A DNA stretch of 64,000 nucleotides, taken from IMG/VR virus record IMGVR_UViG_3300023184_003735, positions 32,001-96,000 of that record. One strand, 5' to 3'. The stretch comes from a virus. Position 1 is the stretch's first letter; each line of letters begins with the position of its first letter. The position numbers were made by a program, and so were the translations under genes. Shown here in pieces: positions 60,560 to 64,000 of the stretch. The notes under the pieces were generated by a model. The model worked only from the letters and a program-made list of their open reading frames with translations. It searched no databases and was not told the origin of the DNA.

Positions 60560-60950
60560 TCGGTTAAATGCTCTGACATCCCTCGGCGGTAATTATAGAG
60601 CATTGAGTGATAGTCTTTCCACTACACACCGCAACTTGTACTCCTTCCACCCGCTTCCCGACAGGGACCGTTCTCGTATTGCTAACGCCGGTTAGGTTAG
60701 ACCGCATCTTTCGATGTGAGACTTATATTCCAAATCTCAGAACCACCCGTGCTTGTCACAGCACTTCTCATCGTCTGGGTCAGACTATCCAGTGACGCTG
60801 GAACGTTAGGGAAGGGCTGGCCCCATAACGGGATACCACTTAGCCTTACTTATCTGTCGCGTTGGAGTAAGGCACCCTAATTAGGAGAGAAGCCACGGTT
60901 GCAGGACCTAGTGCCTTTTGCAAGGGAAGTATCCAGGCGGTGTGGCTTCA
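60560..60950 (-). ncRNA. Large structured ncRNA region (unassigned)
   Basis: About 390 nt, GC-richer than its flanks, no credible ORF; helices GAAGCCAC/GTGGCTTC, GCCTTACT/AGTAAGGC, GTGC/GCAC, TGAGA/TCTCA, AATGCTCT/AGAGCATT. Confidence 0.6.
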
Positions 60951-60956
60951 AAAACT

Positions 60957-61031
60957 TGGCGGTCCGAACGGGAATCGAACCCGTCTCCTCGCAGTGACAG
61001 TGCGAAATACTAACCGATATACTATCGAACC
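60957..61031 (-). tRNA. tRNA-Asp(GTC)
   Basis: TCGCA-CTGTCAC-TGCGA; G73. Confidence 0.93.
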
Positions 61032-61191
61032 AAATGTTATAGTCAAGCACCGAGAATGCCAATTTATGCGTCCTCCGCTAAGAGTGCAAAAGCCGAATGC
61101 AGTTATATTAGGATCAGTCGCCGGCCGCTGTGACCCGAATAGTGTTGGCGTCCCATACACGATACCTTATCGATGCTTGACTATAACATTT
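61032..61191 (-). ncRNA. Long-stem RNA element C
   Basis: 22-bp terminal stem (61170-61191 with 61032-61053), one U-G pair. Confidence 0.65.
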
Positions 61192-61315
61192 ACCATATAG
61201 AAGCACTCTCGCCAGCAGGCCTAGGAGGGGACTTGCACCACTGAAACTTTCGCATCTGCAGATACTAGGCTTCTTCTCCTGCTTTGACTTATGCCAAGAA
61301 TACTTCTATATGGTA
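61191..61315 (-). ncRNA. Long-stem RNA element D
   Basis: 19-bp terminal stem (61297-61315 with 61191-61209), two U-G pairs. Confidence 0.65.
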
Positions 61316-61386
61316 CTCCGTGGGGGAATCGAACCCCTCCTTACCCGCGTGAAAGGCGAGTGTCCTAACCGATAGACGAACGGAGC
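61311..61386 (-). tRNA. tRNA-Glu(TTC)
   Basis: Loop CTTTCAC; cloverleaf with CCA. Confidence 0.92.
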
Positions 61387-61394
61387 ATGTAGTT

Positions 61395-61602
61395 TTACAT
61401 TGAGGAATCATTGTGGATCTTGTTCTGCTTGGCTTGCGAGGCCAAGTCACCACGATCATTACATCCAGACGATCCGCCGCTTTTCCGGATCACTTCGCAA
61501 GGAAGGAGAGCCTATTTCATGACTGATAGCAGATGGGCACCCGCCGATGCCGGATTCATCTCTACCAATGCCACTAACGGGTCTGGTAACCTCTTTGTAT
61601 AT
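61395..61602 (-). ncRNA. Structured ncRNA, about 200 nt (unassigned)
   Basis: Terminal TACAAAGAGG/CCTCAATGTA; internal CCAGAC/GTCTGG, GATCCG/CGGATC, CTTGGC/GCCAAG. Confidence 0.55.
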
Positions 61603-61656
61603 TTTAAAGATCTGTTGCAACCAGTATCGATCTACTTTGTTGCTTTGTTAAGTTCT

Positions 61657-61685
61657 ATTGTAGCAGAGTTCCATTTATTGGTCTA
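61657..61685 (-). promoter_or_regulatory. Sigma70-like promoter just downstream of terminator 2
   Basis: TAGACC-N17-TACAAT; resembles the 49355 promoter (GACCAATAAAT...TGCTA). Confidence 0.6.
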
Positions 61686-61695
61686 GCACTAAATG

Positions 61696-61759
61696 AAAAA
61701 CCCTCCAAATTGGAGGGCCTTTAGTGATGTAGTACAAAATACTTACATCCAAAGACCCT
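61696..61759 (-). promoter_or_regulatory. Attenuator 2: terminator/antiterminator
   Basis: Terminator CCCTCCA-ATT-TGGAGGG-TTTTT; AGGGTCTTTGG in the leader pairs with CTAAAGGCCCT, plus GATGTA/TACATC. Confidence 0.75.
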
Positions 61760-61820
61760 GCAGGCAATCGCGCTCGTGTTCTGAACGGAAAGTGTTAGCG
61801 ATTGCGTTTATTGTCATCAT
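61743..61820 (-). CDS. Putative leader peptide 2 (25 aa)
   Basis: MMTINAIANTFRSEHERDCLQGLWM*; ATG 6 nt after the TACAAT of TTGACA-N17-TACAAT (61855-61827). Confidence 0.65.
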   Translation of the reverse strand: MMTINAIANTFRSEHERDCLQGLWM

Positions 61821-61851
61821 AGTGTTATTGTATACGATTATTTATACTTTG

Positions 61852-63012
61852 TCAACGAAAATAATTTTGGATTTTGCCAGATCTGCTGATGTCGTTTGTG
61901 ACACAATGAATGCCGCAATCCCAGAAATATTTGTGACGGAACGGCACCACATGCACTTCGATGCCATGTCGTGCGCAGGCCTTCTCTACCTGGTCGTTGT
62001 GTGTGCTGACCACAATGTTCTTGGGATCCACTATCAGGATGTTGACGTCGAACACAGTTTCACTAACCTGTCCCACCCACTCGTCAAAGTAGTGATCCAC
62101 CATGTGAACCAAGTTGTTGTCCTGTTCAAACCCGGGCATGAACCAACGTCCCTTGTTGCGTTTCATGGAGTACTCAAACTCGCGCATGTGTGCGTAGTTG
62201 CTGGGTGGCAGGTACACCACTTCCCAGTCTGGGAAGGTGTCAGCATAGGTGGGAACATCATTGAGGCTGATGATCAGACCCGGCGTCACTGGGCAATACA
62301 CCGCATCACCGTGCCCACCTGAATTGACCACTCTATTTTGAGTTGTAGGAAACAACTGATTCACTTGATCTAGTATGCCTTGTTTGTCATCATGATAGGT
62401 TTGTGTGGCAAAGTACAAGTCCTCACCTATGCGACTCACAAAACAGCCGTTGATGAAATCAAGATCAGTTGACACAATCTCATTGCCCTGCGCCTTGATG
62501 TCCGCAAACACATGAGAATAAAACCCCAACTTGGCGTCTAGATGCGCTTGATCAGTCTGATTGAATCTAGCAAACTTGGCCTGTACCTCTTCGGCAAACT
62601 CAGGATAGTCTGCATAAAAATCCGCAGGACGTATGTGGTCGTTCCACCAAGGCTGTTTGTTCTGTCGGTAAAACACTGACCATGCATGACTGGCATTGGG
62701 AATTCGGGGAACCCAAAATCTGTCCTGAATCATCAAAAAGTAATCTCTTGGTGCTGTGGGCGGTTGCACCCACTTGTTATCTATGTACAGTTGGGACAAG
62801 TCCGTGGGAAACTCCGGACGCATCACACGCACACCAAATCGATCTGTCAACAGTCGTATGAGTCGTTGATAGTCTTCTTCGGTCTCTTGTGCAAGAGTTT
62901 CAAAGCGTTCTCGGGTGGCAGAGTTCTTGATCCAACTGTAGAACTCTGGGGGATAAGTGCGACCCACTAATGAGACTTGTAGTGGATCCCAGTGTTGATA
63001 TACTGAATACAT
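61852..63012 (-). CDS. Amidinotransferase, second paralog
   Basis: HWDPLQVSLVG, APRD, GHGD, DVNIL, CGIHCVTND. Confidence 0.8.
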   Translation of the reverse strand: MYSVYQHWDPLQVSLVGRTYPPEFYSWIKNSATRERFETLAQETEEDYQRLIRLLTDRFGVRVMRPEFPTDLSQLYIDNKWVQPPTAPRDYFLMIQDRFWVPRIPNASHAWSVFYRQNKQPWWNDHIRPADFYADYPEFAEEVQAKFARFNQTDQAHLDAKLGFYSHVFADIKAQGNEIVSTDLDFINGCFVSRIGEDLYFATQTYHDDKQGILDQVNQLFPTTQNRVVNSGGHGDAVYCPVTPGLIISLNDVPTYADTFPDWEVVYLPPSNYAHMREFEYSMKRNKGRWFMPGFEQDNNLVHMVDHYFDEWVGQVSETVFDVNILIVDPKNIVVSTHNDQVEKACARHGIEVHVVPFRHKYFWDCGIHCVTNDISRSGKIQNYFR

Positions 63013-63057
63013 AGATAGACTTTTTGATAGTCTACTATATATTGATATCGCTTTGGG

Positions 63058-63222
63058 TCAAGGCTTTTTGACTCGATTGCAAGCAGGATCTTTACAAGCA
63101 GTGATTCGTTTGCGATCACAGTCGGGGCAGTCTCGGATTCGGACCCAGTTGGCGGGCATGAATCTTATGACCTCATTTTTTCCGGGTTTGTCCTGACTGT
63201 CACATTTGGTAGCATGTATCAT
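63058..63222 (-). CDS. Small Cys-rich hypothetical protein
   Basis: AAGGAG RBS; CPDC...CKDPAC. Confidence 0.45.
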   Translation of the reverse strand: MIHATKCDSQDKPGKNEVIRFMPANWVRIRDCPDCDRKRITACKDPACNRVKKP

Positions 63223-63278
63223 CAATGTCTCCTTGACATACATATACAACGTGTTAGCCCGCAAAAGGGTTGACAAGA

Positions 63279-63300
63279 GAAACCCGCCGAAGCGGGTTCT
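63279..63300 (-). terminator. Hairpin/terminator after the tmRNA coding piece
   Basis: AACCCGC-TTCG-GCGGGTT followed by TCTCTT. Confidence 0.75.
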
Positions 63301-63457
63301 GGTGATTTCTGTTACGAGGTATTTCCTACCCTAGGCCGCTCACGCTGCCAAAGAATAAACGCTATCGTTTGCATTTACTAGTTTTGCTTGATTTACGGTC
63401 ATCGCCTACCGAGCGCCATTACCCCTACTCTTTGCCCTGTCGAAACTATGCAGGCCC
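63300..63457 (-). ncRNA. ssrA: Permuted tmRNA, coding piece (tag ANDSVYSLAA at 63372-63340)
   Basis: 5' GGGCCTG...TTCGAC; tag frame GCA AAC GAT AGC GTT TAT TCT TTG GCA GCG TGA. Confidence 0.92.
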
Positions 63458-63458
63458 A

Positions 63459-63830
63459 TCATAAAGAAACTTGTTTGAGGTATTGCTCACCTTCGCCAGT
63501 AACATACCAATACTCATTGTCATTGACAATGTATCCTAAATCTGCCAAACTATCCATAGCATTGTCAAAGGCTTGGGTGCGTGACTCATCTTCTACATAG
63601 TCTAATCCTGACATGATGGCAGTATAGATTCCTTTTAGTATTAGAATTTTACCTAATCCTTTGCTTTGAAAGGTTGGATCTAACTCTACTAAACTTCTTC
63701 CACTATCTGCATCGTATTGAAACGTTCCTGCATACTGCCCGTCAACATTCATTTCAACACCAATAGTATTACTACCTTTTGTTGTGTTAAAACTTAGTTT
63801 TGAACCGGCAATATCAGTAATACGCATCAA
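63459..63830 (-). CDS. GNAT-like protein in the tmRNA intervening segment
   Basis: AAGGA RBS directly after CCA; VELDPTFQSKGLGKILI resembles acetyl-CoA-binding motif A. Confidence 0.6.
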   Translation of the reverse strand: MMRITDIAGSKLSFNTTKGSNTIGVEMNVDGQYAGTFQYDADSGRSLVELDPTFQSKGLGKILILKGIYTAIMSGLDYVEDESRTQAFDNAMDSLADLGYIVNDNEYWYVTGEGEQYLKQVSL

Positions 63831-63839
63831 ACTTCCTTA

Positions 63840-63903
63840 TGGTGGACCTGGGGGGATTCGCACCCCCGTCCAGAACACTTTTCTTGATAACAGTTTACGC
63901 TGT
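63840..63903 (-). ncRNA. ssrA: Permuted tmRNA, acceptor piece
   Basis: GGAC-GGGGG-TGCGAAT-CCCCC-CAGGTCC-ACCA; pairs with GGGCCTG to give G3:U70; promoter TCGACA-N17-TATAAT upstream; 5' end approximate. Confidence 0.92.
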
Positions 63904-64000
63904 TCAAGTATTTATTATACTATCAAATTGATTTGATGTCGACCTATTTGGTACTCTGATTGCACGTGGCCACAATCTGTTTGTTTTGGGCCCGGAACTC

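Noticed and set aside
60560-60950. RNase P RNA or group I intron
   Set aside because: No GAGGAAAGUCC or matching 3' P4 strand, no recognisable intron core, and no interrupted gene.
61032-61191. Y RNA (CUUGACUA in the 3' arm)
   Set aside because: It lacks the bulged helix of the Ro-binding site, and no Ro60/TROVE gene is in the window.
53589-61386. CRISPR-like or tandem guide array
   Set aside because: The recurring TGGT...TCGAA strings are tRNA 3' ends and T-loops; there are no identical repeats with regular spacers.
61693-62322. 209-aa plus-strand ORF and other antisense ORFs in the track
   Set aside because: They are shadows of well-supported genes or tRNAs on the opposite strand and show no motifs or start signals.
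63459-63840. Prophage or island integrated at the ssrA 3' end
   Set aside because: There is no duplicated 3' end and no integrase; the order (acceptor piece before 5' piece) fits a permuted gene.

Overview
This window is part of a large, T4-like (probably jumbo) phage genome. It has T4-type late promoters (TATAAATA), strong sigma70 promoters and no host housekeeping operons. The rpoZ, ahpC/ahpD and tmRNA-tag sequences suggest a proteobacterial host, but that is inference. There are four blocks. (1) 1-15 kb, + strand: virion genes, including a 5'-truncated protein of more than 3,700 aa and a tail fibre. (2) 15-41.7 kb: a dense glycan/modification cluster with glycosyltransferase-like proteins, five radical SAM enzymes, SGNH proteins, a carbamoyltransferase, FkbM, an amidinotransferase, Gfo/Idh/MocA, DegT and an epimerase. 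(3) 41.7-53.5 kb, - strand: thyX, a MoxR/vWA pair, a phosphoesterase, rpoZ, ahpD/ahpC and many small ORFs. (4) 53.6-63.9 kb, - strand: a translation-support island with 25 tRNAs covering all 20 amino acids, an HNH insert, several structured ncRNAs and a tmRNA. The top finding is a pair of related leader-peptide attenuators (promoter, leaderless mini-ORF, antiterminator, terminator) in front of the two tRNA blocks. Their codon content matches the tRNAs downstream, which suggests the phage senses the host tRNA pool and turns on its own tRNAs. The second is a circularly permuted tmRNA whose intervening segment is filled by a GNAT-like ORF. The third is a family of long-stem RNAs between tRNAs that share an AAGCAU/GUGCUU helix. 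All calls come from reading the sequence; no database searches or folding programs were run.
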